The notes below the pieces were generated by a model. That model did no database searches and had not been told where the DNA came from. It was given only the letters and a program-made list of their open reading frames with translations. Both the position numbers and the translations under genes were made by a program. A DNA stretch of 64,000 nucleotides. Origin: Kiritimatiellia bacterium. Lineage in GTDB: Bacteria > Verrucomicrobiota > Kiritimatiellia > CAIQIC01 > Lenti-01. The stretch is taken from assembly GCA_040768005.1 (NCBI GenBank), contig JAXGNL010000004.1, positions 18,153 to 82,152 of the forward strand. Reading direction: 5' to 3'. Shown one piece after another: positions 25,841 to 36,932 of the stretch. Position 1 is the stretch's first letter. Each line of letters begins with the position of its first letter.

Positions 25841-28105
25841 ATGAACCCGACGCTGAGCAAACTTGAATCCATGGCCATCCGCATCCCCGCCAGGGAATCC
25901 GCCCGGTTTTTCTACGGCGACAATGTCGAAGGCTACTTCGAAGGCTTCACCCATTCCACCGCCCGGGGCTCCGGCTACTGGCTCGACGGCCAGCCCCTGT
26001 TCCGCGACATCGCCGTTCACGATGGAACGCGGCGCCTGCCGCACGAAACCGCCCTCCGCGCCGATATCCTCCCCCACGCCATCCGCCATTTCCACCCCAC
26101 CGCCGTTGACGAAATCTCCATCCTCCACCGCCGGCGCGCCGTCGCCGTTTGCATCCAGTCCCCCCGCCGCGCCCGAATCGGCGCCGAACTCCTGTTCGAT
26201 GCCGGCGCCGGCGCTCCCCGCCTCGAAGCCCGCGGCACCGATTTTCTCGCCACCTTCCCCGGCCATGCCCTCAAGGCCGGCATCGCCGCCTCTCTCGGCG
26301 TCCGTCACGAACCTGCCGCGCCCCTCAACGGCCAGCCGTCCCTGGCCTTCCGGACGCGCTGCGCCGCCTGCCGCCTCGTCGTCTATCTTGCCTTCGATTC
26401 CTCTCCCGCCCGTGCGCTCGCCAAGGCCCGCCGCCTGCGCGACGAAAACGCCCTCGCCGCCCACGCCCGCGACATCGCCGGCCTCCTCTCCCGCAGCCAG
26501 ATCGCCACCGGTGATGCCGAGTACGACCGCGCCGTCGCCTGGGCCAAGCTCTCCAGCGTCTTTCTCGTCACCGAGGAGTTCGGCAAGGGCATCTGGGCCG
26601 GCCTGCCGTGGTTCAAGCACAACTGGGGCCGCGACACCTTCATCGCCGTCCCCGGCACCCTCCTGGTCTCCGGCCTCTTTGACGACGCCCGCGACGTCAT
26701 CCTCAACTTCCTGCGCTGGCAGGACACCGATCCCGCCTCGCCCACCTGCGGCCGCATTCCCAACCGCGTCTGCAGCGCCACCGACATCATCTACAACACC
26801 GCCGACGGCACGCCCTGGCTCATCCGCGAACTCTACGAATACCTCCAGACCACCGGCGACCTCTCCCTCGCCCGCCGGACCTATCCGCAGATCCGCCTCG
26901 CCCTCGACAGCGCCCTCGAGCGCGAAACCGATGCCGAAGGCTTCCTGACCCATGACGACGCCGACACCTGGATGGATGCCCGCATCGAAGGCAACCGGCC
27001 CTGGTCTCCCCGCGGCAACCGCGCCAACGACATCCAGGCGCTCTGGCACAACGCCCTGCTTGTCGGCGAACGCCTCGCCCGGTACGCCGGCGATCCCGGC
27101 TCCGCCCGGCGCTGGCGCGCCGCCGCCGACCGGCTGCGCGCGAATTTCACGCGGCGCTTCTGGAACCCGAAAACCCGCCGCCTCGCCGACCGCATCCATG
27201 CCGACAACCGCCGCGACGAAAAGGTGCGCCCCAACCAGCTCATGGTCCTCTCCATCCCCATGATCGAACCCCTGCTCGATGAGGAACAGGCCGACCTGGT
27301 CGTCGCCAACGCCGTCTCCGAACTGCTGTTCCCCCACGGCATCGCGTCCCTCAGCCCCCGCGACCCCTGGTTCCACCCGTACCACCACAACGACGCCTGG
27401 CACCACTTCGACGCCGCGTATCACAACGGAACCGTCTGGGGCTGGAACGCCGGTTTCACCGTCACCGCCCTCTGCCAGCGGCGTCAGACCGGACTCGCCG
27501 CCCGGCTCGCCGGCCACCTCGCCCGGCAGATTCTGGACCTCGGCTGCCGCGGATCCATGAGCGAACTGGTCGAAGCCATTCCGCGCCGCCGCGGCCGGCT
27601 CGTGCTCTCCGGCACCTGGGCCCAGGCCTGGAGCACCGCCGAGTTCTGCCGCAACGCCCACCAGGATTTCGCCGGCTTCCATCCCCGCCTCCTCGACGGC
27701 GCCCTCCGCCTGAATCCCCACATCCCCTCCGGATGGAACACGCTCGATGCCCGGTTCCCCTTCGGAAAACACGCCGCCCTGCATCTGCGCTTCCGGCGCG
27801 ACGGGAAAAACGCCCGGTTCACGTTCCGCATGGACGGCCATCCCGCCCCTCTTGAGTTGCAGTTTTCCGTCGAACTCGACAACCGCCGCTATGCCTTTGC
27901 CGCCCCTCTCGCGCCCGGACGACCCCGCACCCTTTCCATCCGGAACGGCCAGGCCATCCTCGGCGGAAAAACCCCCATCCCCGGCGAACGCCTCCCCCGC
28001 ATCAAGCCCCTGCGCTTCGTCCGGCCGGTGCTGGATCAGCCGCCCCCCTGCCTGCGGCGGAAACACGCTCTTCAAACCCTCATCGAATCCGGCCGCGTCC
28101 GCTGA
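25841..28105 (+). CDS. glycogen debranching enzyme, amylo-alpha-1,6-glucosidase family (GDE_N + GDE_C)
   Basis: GKGIWAGLPWFKHNWGRDTFIA and downstream (alpha/alpha)6-barrel blocks typical of the archaeal/bacterial-type GDE. ATG 25841 (MNPTLSKLES...). Confidence 0.75.
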   Translation: MNPTLSKLESMAIRIPARESARFFYGDNVEGYFEGFTHSTARGSGYWLDGQPLFRDIAVHDGTRRLPHETALRADILPHAIRHFHPTAVDEISILHRRRAVAVCIQSPRRARIGAELLFDAGAGAPRLEARGTDFLATFPGHALKAGIAASLGVRHEPAAPLNGQPSLAFRTRCAACRLVVYLAFDSSPARALAKARRLRDENALAAHARDIAGLLSRSQIATGDAEYDRAVAWAKLSSVFLVTEEFGKGIWAGLPWFKHNWGRDTFIAVPGTLLVSGLFDDARDVILNFLRWQDTDPASPTCGRIPNRVCSATDIIYNTADGTPWLIRELYEYLQTTGDLSLARRTYPQIRLALDSALERETDAEGFLTHDDADTWMDARIEGNRPWSPRGNRANDIQALWHNALLVGERLARYAGDPGSARRWRAAADRLRANFTRRFWNPKTRRLADRIHADNRRDEKVRPNQLMVLSIPMIEPLLDEEQADLVVANAVSELLFPHGIASLSPRDPWFHPYHHNDAWHHFDAAYHNGTVWGWNAGFTVTALCQRRQTGLAARLAGHLARQILDLGCRGSMSELVEAIPRRRGRLVLSGTWAQAWSTAEFCRNAHQDFAGFHPRLLDGALRLNPHIPSGWNTLDARFPFGKHAALHLRFRRDGKNARFTFRMDGHPAPLELQFSVELDNRRYAFAAPLAPGRPRTLSIRNGQAILGGKTPIPGERLPRIKPLRFVRPVLDQPPPCLRRKHALQTLIESGRVR

Positions 28106-28121
28106 CGCCCCTCCAGCGGCC

Positions 28122-28149
28122 TTGTATAGTTATTGCAATATGTATACAA
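28122..28149. promoter_or_regulatory. 28-bp AT-rich imperfect palindrome TTGTATA-N4-TTGCAA-N4-TATACAA about 210 bp upstream of the ETF-QO gene
   Basis: Seen in the sequence. It sits in an otherwise GC-rich intergenic region. The outer 7-bp arms and the central TTGCAA are perfect. Confidence 0.35.
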
Positions 28150-28361
28150 AACGGATGCCACCGGGCATATCCCCGTTTCATTGACCTCCATCGGCGGCTG
28201 GAAGCCGCCGGTCCCTTGGGATTTGACGGGACGGGCGGCATCCTGTCGCCCCTTTTCATGAAAATGGGTTCTGGGTCAGTGAAACGGGGATGCGCCCCTT
28301 TCCCCCGCCGCCGGCGGCCGGGCTTGAACTCCGGGCCCGATTTGCTACCGTCAGTCCGCTC

Positions 28362-29891
28362 ATGCACTCCGAACACAGCCAGTTGACGACCGACATTCTG
28401 ATTGTCGGCGCGGGGCTGGCCGGGCTGGCCTGCGCCATTCGCCTGGCCCGCGCCGCCGCCGGCGAAAAACAGATCCTCCTGCTGGAAAAATCCGCCCATC
28501 CGGGCGGCCATCTGCTGTCCGGCGCCGTCCTGCGTCCGGAATCCCTGAAAACCATTCTGACCGATGACGAATATGCCGGCCTGCCCTTCGGACCCGCCGT
28601 CCGTCGCGAATCCTTCCATGCCCTGACGCCGCGGCACTCGTTCCGCCTGCCGTTTGTTCCGCCTAAAATGCGCATGAAGGGCCTGCCCCTGGTATCGGTC
28701 TCGGCCCTGGGCCGCGCGCTGGCGAAAATCGCCGAGGATCTCGGGGTGGAACTCATGACCGCCCAGACCGCCGATGCGCTGGCATGGGACGGCGACCGCG
28801 TCGCCGGCGTCCGCTGCGAAGACGACCGGATTCTGGCGCCGGTCACCGTGCTGGCCGAAGGACCCGCCGGCCTGCTGACCCGCGAGCTGCTCGCCCGCCG
28901 CCCGGAGATGCGAGGGATCAACGGCCCTTCGCATGCCCTCGGCTTCAAGGAACTGATCGAAATCCCGGCCCGCCCCGGCTCCTCGGGAACCGTGGCGCAT
29001 ACCTTCGGCTTTCCCCTCGGCCTGGGCCTCTACGGCGGCGGGTTCATCTATCATGTGGACGACGCGCATGCGGCCCTGGGCCTGGCCATCGCCCTGGACG
29101 GCGCCGATCCGGCCCCGCATCTGCACGAACTGTTCCGCACCTGGAAGCGGCATCCCCTGGTGCAGGAGCATATCGCCGGGGGCAAAACCATCGCCTATGG
29201 CGCGCGGCTCGTGCCGGAAGGCGGCTGGCATTCGCGCCTCCGCCTGCAGGCCCCCGGCGTTCTTCTGGCCGGCGACACCGCCGGTCTGGTGGATACCATG
29301 GAACTCAAGGGCCTTCACCTGGCCGTGGAATCCGGCCGCGCCGCCGCCGAGGCCATCCTGAACGGCACCCCGGTCCGCGACGACGCTATTCCGTCGCTGG
29401 AAGGCCTGCGCCGCACCCCGAACTACCGCGCCGCCTTCCGCGCCGGACTCCCCTTCGGCATGGCCGGCGCCGGCCTCGCCTGGCTCAGCGGCGGACGCAT
29501 CCCCTGGGGACGCATTCCCCAGCGCGACGAACGCACCAGCCTCAAGCCGATCGGCACTCGCCCCCCCGTGACGGCGGCGCCCGACAACGGGCCGCTCGAT
29601 CTCGGGCTGGACTCGGATCTGTTTCTGGCCCACCTCCGCAGCCGGGAAGGCGCCGAACACATCGAAATCAAGGATGCGGCGAAATGCCGCGAGTGTTTCG
29701 ACCGGTACGGCGCGCCCTGCCTGCGCTTCTGTCCCGCCGGCGTCTATTCCGCCGCGGAGGGCCGCCCGGCCATCCAGGTCCGCGCCGACAACTGCATCCA
29801 GTGCCGCTGCTGCACGCTGAAATGCCCCTTCGACAACATCCTCTGGGAAACTCCGCGCCACGGCGTCGGGCCGGACTACCGGGAGATGTAG
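28362..29891 (+). CDS. electron-transfer-flavoprotein:quinone oxidoreductase (ETF-QO / FixC-like) with C-terminal 4Fe-4S ferredoxin domain
   Basis: FAD-binding motif ILIVGAGLAGLACA at the N-terminus. C-terminal Cys pattern CRECFDRYGAPCLRFCP ... CIQCRCCTLKCP. Confidence 0.85.
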   Translation: MHSEHSQLTTDILIVGAGLAGLACAIRLARAAAGEKQILLLEKSAHPGGHLLSGAVLRPESLKTILTDDEYAGLPFGPAVRRESFHALTPRHSFRLPFVPPKMRMKGLPLVSVSALGRALAKIAEDLGVELMTAQTADALAWDGDRVAGVRCEDDRILAPVTVLAEGPAGLLTRELLARRPEMRGINGPSHALGFKELIEIPARPGSSGTVAHTFGFPLGLGLYGGGFIYHVDDAHAALGLAIALDGADPAPHLHELFRTWKRHPLVQEHIAGGKTIAYGARLVPEGGWHSRLRLQAPGVLLAGDTAGLVDTMELKGLHLAVESGRAAAEAILNGTPVRDDAIPSLEGLRRTPNYRAAFRAGLPFGMAGAGLAWLSGGRIPWGRIPQRDERTSLKPIGTRPPVTAAPDNGPLDLGLDSDLFLAHLRSREGAEHIEIKDAAKCRECFDRYGAPCLRFCPAGVYSAAEGRPAIQVRADNCIQCRCCTLKCPFDNILWETPRHGVGPDYREM

Positions 29892-29897
29892 CCGCGT

Positions 29898-31502
29898 CTA
29901 TTTCCGGGACCGGCGCGCCCCGCGATCGCGCACCACCACGGCATTCGTTCCGGGAGCCAGCGTCAGTTCCGGGTGCTTCCGGATGTAGTCCATCACCATC
30001 TGCCGCGTGGTGATGTCTCCATGCTGCAGCCGGGACTGGGGGCGGTTCACCACGCGCGTCAGTTCCGGAAAACGCCCCCCCCCGCCCGCCAGGTGATAGC
30101 TGTTGAAGGCCACCTTCAACCGCGTTTTGGGATGGATCACGCCGCCGTCCGCCGCGCGAAGGCCGCGGATGCGGCGTCCCGGCGGCGCGTCGGGATGCAG
30201 CTCGTACTGCAAGCCCCAGGCCCCGAAGTACCGGTCGGTCCCCAGATACGCCGTCGCCTCTTCCATGATCTCCCGGATTTCCGCCGTCGTCAGCCAGGCG
30301 CAGCCCGTCGTGTTTTCATAGGGCACCACCCGCCAGACATCCGCCACGCGGATGTCGCCCGCCGGAATGGATTGCGACGACAGCACCCCGTGCAGCACCA
30401 CGTCCGCTCCGGTGGAATCCGCGATGGCCGCGCACAGCAGCTGCTGCACCGGACACAGCCCCGCCCCCGCCAGCGAACAGCTCAGGTCCCCGGCGGTGCG
30501 GCCGATCACCGTTCCCATCCACTCGTCGGCCGCCGCCAGGTCGCCGGCCACTTCCGCCGCCAGGTCCGGGTCTTCGGGGGTTTCCTCCCACACCGGCAGA
30601 TAATCGAACGTCTTGTGCACGACCGCCCCCTCGACCGTATCGTACACCAGATCGATCCGCATCACCCCGCCGCCGCCCGACCCCGCCTGGGCGTAATCGG
30701 TCCGCCCGATGCGCGCGCCCGCCAGCACCCAGTGCAGATGTCCGCCCAGCACCACGTCGAATTCCGCAAAACGCCGGCAGATGGCATTGATCTCGTTGGC
30801 GTCGTCGTCGCGCGAAAGCAGCCCCTGGTGCACCAGCAGGATCAGGATGTGCGGGCGCTCGCGCCGGACCAGCGGCAGGACCTGCTCCAGCGCCCGCCGC
30901 GATTTCATGGTTTGCAGGCCGGCCTCTTCCAGGCCGCGGAACCAGTTGGGCAGGTTGGGCGTGGTCAGCCCGACAATGGCCACCTTGATCCCGTCCACCT
31001 CCCGGATGACATACGGCCGGATGCGCGAAAACCCCGCCGGCGCCCGGTCATCCGCCCGCAGATTCGCCGCCAGCGGCGGCGCCTGCATCTGCTCCAGCAG
31101 CCCCCCCAGCACCTCCACTCCCCAGTCGAATTCGTGGTTGCCAACCGCCCACGCGTCGTACCCCAGGGCGTTCATGGCCCGCGCCATGGCGCCCCCTTTC
31201 GACAAAAAGCTCTCCGCCGTGCCCTGGAACACATCCCCGCAGTCCACCAGCAGCGTGTTCGGATTCTTCGCGCGGATTCCCCGGATGATGGTGGCGCACT
31301 GGAGCAGGGATCCCTCGTTGTGGTCCACATAGGTCCCCGGCGTGCGGCGGATCGACCCATGCAGGTCCGTGGTGTTCAGGATCGTCACCGCCACCTGCCG
31401 CGCCGGGGCGGAGACCGCCGCCAGGGCCAGACTCAGCGCCCCCGCGGCCAGCCGTCCGTGCAGACGGCAAAAGCGGTGCGGGGGAGCGGTCCGGAGGTTC
31501 AT
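29898..31502 (-). CDS. secreted bifunctional metallophosphatase / 5'-nucleotidase (UshA-like)
   Basis: Signal peptide. Calcineurin-like motifs DLHG, GNHEFD and GDVFQG, and a C-terminal 5'-nucleotidase domain. ATGA-coupled to the clpX stop. Confidence 0.8.
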   Translation of the reverse strand: MNLRTAPPHRFCRLHGRLAAGALSLALAAVSAPARQVAVTILNTTDLHGSIRRTPGTYVDHNEGSLLQCATIIRGIRAKNPNTLLVDCGDVFQGTAESFLSKGGAMARAMNALGYDAWAVGNHEFDWGVEVLGGLLEQMQAPPLAANLRADDRAPAGFSRIRPYVIREVDGIKVAIVGLTTPNLPNWFRGLEEAGLQTMKSRRALEQVLPLVRRERPHILILLVHQGLLSRDDDANEINAICRRFAEFDVVLGGHLHWVLAGARIGRTDYAQAGSGGGGVMRIDLVYDTVEGAVVHKTFDYLPVWEETPEDPDLAAEVAGDLAAADEWMGTVIGRTAGDLSCSLAGAGLCPVQQLLCAAIADSTGADVVLHGVLSSQSIPAGDIRVADVWRVVPYENTTGCAWLTTAEIREIMEEATAYLGTDRYFGAWGLQYELHPDAPPGRRIRGLRAADGGVIHPKTRLKVAFNSYHLAGGGGRFPELTRVVNRPQSRLQHGDITTRQMVMDYIRKHPELTLAPGTNAVVVRDRGARRSRK

Positions 31503-32806
31503 CCCGCCGCGTCCAGGGCTTTTTCCGCCGGCGGGGCCGGCGCAACCTTCTCTTCGGCGTCCAGCGCGCTGGCATGGCCGCGGACCACGTCGTCCGTAAT
31601 GACGTAGCGGCCCGCCTTTTTGCGCCGGGGCGCCTCGTACATCACGTCCAGCATCAGGTTTTCGAGCAGCGAGCGGAGTCCCCGCGCCCCGGTGTTGCGC
31701 CGCAGCGCCTCGCGGGCCAGTTCGCGCAGCGCCGCCGGCGTGAACTGCAGGTCCACGTCTTCCATCTTCAGCAGCTTCTGGTACTGGCGGATCATCGCGT
31801 TCTTCGGCTCGGTCAGAATGTGCACCAGGTCGTCTTCGGTCAGCGATTCCAGCACGGCCACCATCGGCAGGCGCCCGATGAATTCGGGAATCATGCCGAA
31901 CTTGATCAGATCTTCCGGCTCCACCGGGGGCATCACGGGGTGCGCCGCGGAGGCGCGGGCGCGGTTCTCGTGCTCGAACCCGATCACCCCCTTGCCGATC
32001 CGGCGCTTGATGATGTCGTCCATGCCGACAAACGCCCCGCCGCAGATGAACAGGATGTTTTCGGTGTTGATCTGAATCATCTCCTGCTGGGGATGCTTGC
32101 GCCCGCCCTGCGGCGGCACGCTGGCCACGGTCCCCTCCAGGATCTTCAGCAGCCCCTGCTGGACCCCTTCGCCCGACACGTCGCGCGTGATGGACACGTT
32201 CTCCATCCGCCGCGCCACCTTGTCGATTTCGTCAATGTAGACAATGCCCAGCTCGGCTCGGGCGATATCGCCGTCCGCGGCCCGGATCAGGCGCAGCAGG
32301 ACGTTTTCCACGTCCTCGCCCACGTAGCCGGCCTCGGTGATCGTCGTGGCGTCGGAAATGCTGAACGGCACATCCAGCACCCGCGCCAGCGTCCGGGCCA
32401 GCAGCGTCTTGCCGCTGCCCGTCGGACCGATCATCAGGATGTTGCTCTTGTCGATCTCCACCCCGTCGTCGTCCCGATCCCCGTCCAGGCGCGACTTGAC
32501 GCGCTTGTAGTGGTTGTGGACCGCCACGGCCAGGACCTTCTTGACCCGCTCCTGGCCGACCACAAACTCGTCCAGCCGGGCCTTGATCTCATGCGGCCGG
32601 GGCACCGTCAGGCGGCGCGACGCCGGGACGCCGGCCTTGCCCCCCCGCCGGGAATCCGGATGCTGCAGCACCGTGTTGCAGATGTCCACGCACTCGTCGC
32701 AGATGCTCAGCCCGTCGGGCCCCGCAATCAGCGTCTTGACGGCCGAGCGCGGCCGGCCGCAGAACGAGCAGGTCGGCTCGGACGAATGGTTTTTCTTGCC
32801 GGCCAT
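31499..32806 (-). CDS. clpX: ATP-dependent Clp protease ATP-binding subunit ClpX
   Basis: Zinc-ribbon CSFCGR ... CDEC, Walker A GPTGSGKT, and GYVGEDVE and IGF(E/I) pore-loop regions. ATG at 32806. Confidence 0.95.
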   Translation of the reverse strand: MAGKKNHSSEPTCSFCGRPRSAVKTLIAGPDGLSICDECVDICNTVLQHPDSRRGGKAGVPASRRLTVPRPHEIKARLDEFVVGQERVKKVLAVAVHNHYKRVKSRLDGDRDDDGVEIDKSNILMIGPTGSGKTLLARTLARVLDVPFSISDATTITEAGYVGEDVENVLLRLIRAADGDIARAELGIVYIDEIDKVARRMENVSITRDVSGEGVQQGLLKILEGTVASVPPQGGRKHPQQEMIQINTENILFICGGAFVGMDDIIKRRIGKGVIGFEHENRARASAAHPVMPPVEPEDLIKFGMIPEFIGRLPMVAVLESLTEDDLVHILTEPKNAMIRQYQKLLKMEDVDLQFTPAALRELAREALRRNTGARGLRSLLENLMLDVMYEAPRRKKAGRYVITDDVVRGHASALDAEEKVAPAPPAEKALDAAG

Positions 32807-32810
32807 GGCC

Positions 32811-33428
32811 CTACGCCTTCGATGGGGCCGCGCCCAGCACGTCGTCCACAATGCCGTACTTCACGGCCTCTTCCGCGGACATGAAGAAATCCCGGTCCGT
32901 GTCCTTGGCCACGGTCTTGAGGGGCTTGCCGGTGTGCCTGGCCAGAATGCCGTTGAGATACTCCTTCAGACGCAGAATTTCCTGCGACTGAATGTGGATA
33001 TCGCTGGCCGCGCCCTGGGCCCCGCCCCACGGCTGATGGATCATGATGCGCGCGCCGGGCAGCGCGTGCCGCTTGCCTTTGGATCCCGCCGCCAGCAGCA
33101 CCGCACCCATGCTCGCCGCCTGCCCGACGCAGTAGGTCACCACGTCGCACTTCAGAAACTGCATCGTGTCGTAGATCGCCAGCCCCGCCGTCACCGACCC
33201 GCCCGGCGAATTGATGTACACGCTGACGTCCTTGGTGGCATCCTCGCTCTGCAGAAACAGCAGCTGCGCCACCACCAGGTTCGCCAGATCGTCCGTGACC
33301 TCCGAACCGATGAAGATGATCCGCTCCTTCAGCAGGCGCGAATAGATGTCATAGGACCGCTCGCCGCGGCCCGTCTGCTCCACCACGATCGGTATCAGAT
33401 AGGATTGTTCGCCCTTGTGCCTGTTCAT
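32811..33428 (-). CDS. clpP: ATP-dependent Clp protease proteolytic subunit ClpP
   Basis: ATG 33428 ([19 protein letters not shown]...). Catalytic triad context GQAASMGA ... MIHQP. Confidence 0.95.
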   Translation of the reverse strand: MNRHKGEQSYLIPIVVEQTGRGERSYDIYSRLLKERIIFIGSEVTDDLANLVVAQLLFLQSEDATKDVSVYINSPGGSVTAGLAIYDTMQFLKCDVVTYCVGQAASMGAVLLAAGSKGKRHALPGARIMIHQPWGGAQGAASDIHIQSQEILRLKEYLNGILARHTGKPLKTVAKDTDRDFFMSAEEAVKYGIVDDVLGAAPSKA

Positions 33429-34780
33429 TCCTTCGCCTCCTCCTTGACTGCGGGCGCCGCCGCGCCGTCGCCCGTCAGCGTGGCGCTCGCCAGCAGGAAA
33501 TCGATCGTCTTGGTCGTCAGCAGGTCCTCCCGCAGGCCCTTGCGCACGTCCTTTTCCTTGAGCTTGGCCGCCTGCAGCCATTCCTTCGCCGTCCGGTGCC
33601 CCGACCGCATCGCCTGCGCCGCCATCAGCGACGTCACCTCCGCGTCGGTCACCGCCAGCTTCTCCTCGCGGGCGATCCGCCGCAGCAGGTAGCGCAGCTT
33701 GACGCGGTCCGCGGCCGCCGCCTGGGCCGATTCCGTGATCTTGCCGATGTTGTCGCGGATTTCCTTTTCCGGCACGCCGCGCCGGACGTTCTCGTTCACC
33801 ATCTCGTACACGATGTGGTTGGTCTCGGTGCGCGCCTCGCTCTCCGGCACCTCCACGGCCGCGGTCTTCATCAGGGTGTCCAGCACCTGGTTGCGGCGGC
33901 GGGCGCGCTCCTGCGAGTCCGCCTCGCGCTCCAGCATCCGGCGGAACGTCTCGCGCAGCTCCGCCTCGTCCTTCACGCCCAGCGACTTGAACAGCGCCTC
34001 GTCCAGCTCCGGCTTTTTCCGCGCCCGGATCTTTTTCACCGTCGCACGGAACACCCCGGTCCGGCCGCGCAGCTCCTCGATCGGCGACTGCTCGTCAAAC
34101 GACACGGAAATCTCTTTGGTTTCGCCCGGCTTCAACCCTTCCAGCTGTGGCCCGAACCCCGGCAGAAAGGAGTATTCCTCGCTGGCAATCACCCAGAAAT
34201 CCCGGCCGGTCGCCAGGTCCTTGGCCTTCTCGGACACCTCCGCCATGGGCTGGCCGTCCACCGTGGCGTCGTAGTCCACCGCCACCATGTCGTTCGCCTG
34301 CACCGGGCGCGGCTCGGTCACGTCTTCGTACTTGCCCGTGCCCTCCAGATAGCGGTCCACGGCCTCCGTCACCGCCTCGTCCGCGATCTCCACCTTGCGC
34401 GCGTCCACTTCCAGCCCCTTGTAGGCCGGCAGATCGAACTGGGGCGCCACGTCCAGCGTCACCGAATACGAAAACGGCTGCCCCGCCTTCAGCTCCGATT
34501 CCTCGAGATTCATCTCCGCGATCGGCTCGAACCCGTGCTCTTTCATGGCCTGCTGGTAGCCTTTCGCCAGCAGATGCTCCCGCAGCCCTTCCAGAATCTG
34601 CTTGTCGTACTGCCGGCGAATCATCTCCAGCGGCGCGCGGCCCGGACGGAACCCCTTGACGCGCCCGTGCTTGGCATAGACCGCCAGCGACTCGTCGTAT
34701 TCCTTCCGGATCTCTTCGGCTTCGAACTCCACGCGGAGCGTCTTGCGGCAGGGGCCTGTGGTGTCTACGGTGACCTTCAT
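33425..34780 (-). CDS. tig: trigger factor
   Basis: 451 aa with an N-terminal ribosome-binding domain ([24 protein letters not shown]), a central PPIase domain and a C-terminal arm. ATGA-coupled to clpP. Confidence 0.95.
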   Translation of the reverse strand: MKVTVDTTGPCRKTLRVEFEAEEIRKEYDESLAVYAKHGRVKGFRPGRAPLEMIRRQYDKQILEGLREHLLAKGYQQAMKEHGFEPIAEMNLEESELKAGQPFSYSVTLDVAPQFDLPAYKGLEVDARKVEIADEAVTEAVDRYLEGTGKYEDVTEPRPVQANDMVAVDYDATVDGQPMAEVSEKAKDLATGRDFWVIASEEYSFLPGFGPQLEGLKPGETKEISVSFDEQSPIEELRGRTGVFRATVKKIRARKKPELDEALFKSLGVKDEAELRETFRRMLEREADSQERARRRNQVLDTLMKTAAVEVPESEARTETNHIVYEMVNENVRRGVPEKEIRDNIGKITESAQAAAADRVKLRYLLRRIAREEKLAVTDAEVTSLMAAQAMRSGHRTAKEWLQAAKLKEKDVRKGLREDLLTTKTIDFLLASATLTGDGAAAPAVKEEAKE

Positions 34781-34866
34781 AAAAGCGGTTTCCCTTCAAT
34801 CAATATACGGATGCCATCCACCTGGATGAAACAGCGCGCCACCATACCCCCCCCGGCCCCGCCCCG

Positions 34867-36078
34867 TCAAGCCGGCCCGGGGGCCGACCACGCGCAGGGG
34901 ATCCGGCACACCCCCTCGAACCGGCTGTCGCTTGTCACCGTGATGGCAAAGCAGTGGTCCAGCCGGTGGTAGTTGGTCCGGTGGTCCGACGAATGCAGCG
35001 AAAACGAAAACAGGTAGTGCCCGGCCGCCACCGGCAGCCCCCCGAGATCCAGCACCACCTCGCCCTCCCCCTCGATGGCCGGCAGCCGGAATCCCTCGAT
35101 CTGCATGTTGCTCCCGAAAATCAGCCGCGCATTGGCGTCCGACAGCGCAAAGCCGAAAACCGGCTCCTCGATGCGGTGCTCCGCCCGGTAGCGGATCCGG
35201 CAGCGCACCGTCCCGCCCGACTCGAACAGGTCCGTCTCCCGGCCGCTCCCGTCTTCGAACGTCACGCCTTCGATGCGCGCCTCCCCCGTGCCCCATTCGC
35301 GCTCGTAGCCGCCGGTCTGCCGCGAACGCGCCAGGGCCCGGTACCGGCCGATCACCTCCCGCGGATCCCCGATCCCCTCGATCCGCCCCTGGTCCAGGAA
35401 CAGAATCCGGTCGCTGATGGACTGGATGGTGGACAAATCGTGCGAAATGATCAGCATCGTCTTGCCCGCCCGCCGGAAGGCGTCGATCTTCTGCAGGCAC
35501 TTCTTCTGGAAGTTCTCGTCCCCCACCGCCAGCACTTCGTCAATCAGCAGGATGTCGGGGTCCACCTCCACCGCCACCGAAAACCCCAGCCGGACGTACA
35601 TCCCCGACGAGTAGTGCTTCACCGGCTGGTCAATGAAATCCCGCATGCCCGCGAACTCCACGATCGCGTCGAACCGCTCGCGCATCTGGCGGCGCGACAG
35701 CCCCATGATCGCCCCCGCCAGAAAGACATTCTCCCGCCCCGTCAGGTCCGGGTGGAACCCCGCCCCCAGCTCCAGCAGCGAGGAAATCGTTCCCGTGGTC
35801 CGGATGCGCCCCGTCGTCGGCACCTTCGTCCCCGCCAGCAGCGACAGCAGCGTGCTCTTGCCCGCCCCGTTCGCCCCCACGATCCCCAGCGTCTCCCCGC
35901 GGTTCACCGCGAAATCCATGTCCTGCAGCGCCCAGAACGCGTTCTTGCCCGCCCCCCGGTTCCGCATCAGGTCCAGCATGGCCGACTTGATCGTCCGCGT
36001 CCCCGACCGCTGCAGCCGGAAGCGCTTGCCCATCCGCTCGACGACAATCGCCGGCCCGCTGGATTCCGTCCCGCTCAC
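34867..36078 (-). CDS. polysaccharide/O-antigen ABC exporter ATP-binding protein (Wzt/TagH/KpsT-like) with C-terminal Wzt-type extension
   Basis: GTG start at 36078 overlapping the permease stop (GTGA). Walker A GANGAGKST, signature YSSGM, Walker B LLIDE, plus a ~140-aa C-terminal beta-sandwich extension. Confidence 0.8.
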   Translation of the reverse strand: MSGTESSGPAIVVERMGKRFRLQRSGTRTIKSAMLDLMRNRGAGKNAFWALQDMDFAVNRGETLGIVGANGAGKSTLLSLLAGTKVPTTGRIRTTGTISSLLELGAGFHPDLTGRENVFLAGAIMGLSRRQMRERFDAIVEFAGMRDFIDQPVKHYSSGMYVRLGFSVAVEVDPDILLIDEVLAVGDENFQKKCLQKIDAFRRAGKTMLIISHDLSTIQSISDRILFLDQGRIEGIGDPREVIGRYRALARSRQTGGYEREWGTGEARIEGVTFEDGSGRETDLFESGGTVRCRIRYRAEHRIEEPVFGFALSDANARLIFGSNMQIEGFRLPAIEGEGEVVLDLGGLPVAAGHYLFSFSLHSSDHRTNYHRLDHCFAITVTSDSRFEGVCRIPCAWSAPGPA

Positions 36079-36851
36079 AGCTCGTCTCCAAACCGCGGCT
36101 CCGCCGCCCGGAACACCAGCAGCCCCGCCCCGAACACCGCCCAGGCCACCCCGAACGACATCGCCACCAGCCCGCCGTCCACCGCCGGCGGCGTCAGCAG
36201 CGCCGCCCGGTACGCCGTCAGAATCCCGCTCATCGGATTCAGGTAAAACGCCACCTGCACCCACCGGGGAAACCCCTCCATGATCATCTCCGGCTCGTAA
36301 ATCACCGGCGACAGGAAAAACCACGCCAGCATGATCACCGACATCACGTGCTCCGTGTCGCGGAAGAACACATTCGCCGATCCCACGATCATCGCCATCC
36401 CCAGGCACAGCGCCGCCTGCGTCAGCATGATCGCCGGCAGCCACCCCGCCCCCCCGAACGACGCCCCCGCGATCACCAGATACACCGACAGCACCACGAA
36501 CGAAAACAGGAAGTTGAGCGCGTTGGCCCCCACCATGGACAGCGGCAGGATCATCCGCGGAAAGGCCGCCTTCGTCACCAGGTTCGCGTTGCCCACGATG
36601 CTGTACAGCGAATCCCCCATGCACATCGCCAGGAACTGCCAGGCGATGATCCCCGTCACCAGCGTCGGCAGATGGATCGGAAACTTCAGCACCCCCAGAA
36701 ACAGGCTGTAGATGAAAATCAGGAACAACGGACTCAGCAGCGACCAGAAAAAGCCGAGAAACGAACTCTTGTAGCGGATTTTGAGGTTCCGCTCGATCAG
36801 AATCCACACCAGCTCGCGCCGATTGGCTATGTCACGCACCCATCCCAACAT
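36075..36851 (-). CDS. ABC-2 type polysaccharide exporter permease (Wzm/TagG/KpsM-like)
   Basis: Six TM helices. ABC-2 signature region NLKIRYKSSFLGFFW. Confidence 0.8.
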   Translation of the reverse strand: MLGWVRDIANRRELVWILIERNLKIRYKSSFLGFFWSLLSPLFLIFIYSLFLGVLKFPIHLPTLVTGIIAWQFLAMCMGDSLYSIVGNANLVTKAAFPRMILPLSMVGANALNFLFSFVVLSVYLVIAGASFGGAGWLPAIMLTQAALCLGMAMIVGSANVFFRDTEHVMSVIMLAWFFLSPVIYEPEMIMEGFPRWVQVAFYLNPMSGILTAYRAALLTPPAVDGGLVAMSFGVAWAVFGAGLLVFRAAEPRFGDEL

Positions 36852-36932
36852 GCATCGCATCCTCGGGTTTGTCCCCGGGCTTGTCAATCCCCGTCCCATC
36901 CGGCCCGCCCCCGCGGAGCCCCGGGACCGGCC

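Noticed and set aside
25640-28075. 811-aa minus-strand ORF
   Set aside because: Antisense to the debranching-enzyme gene.
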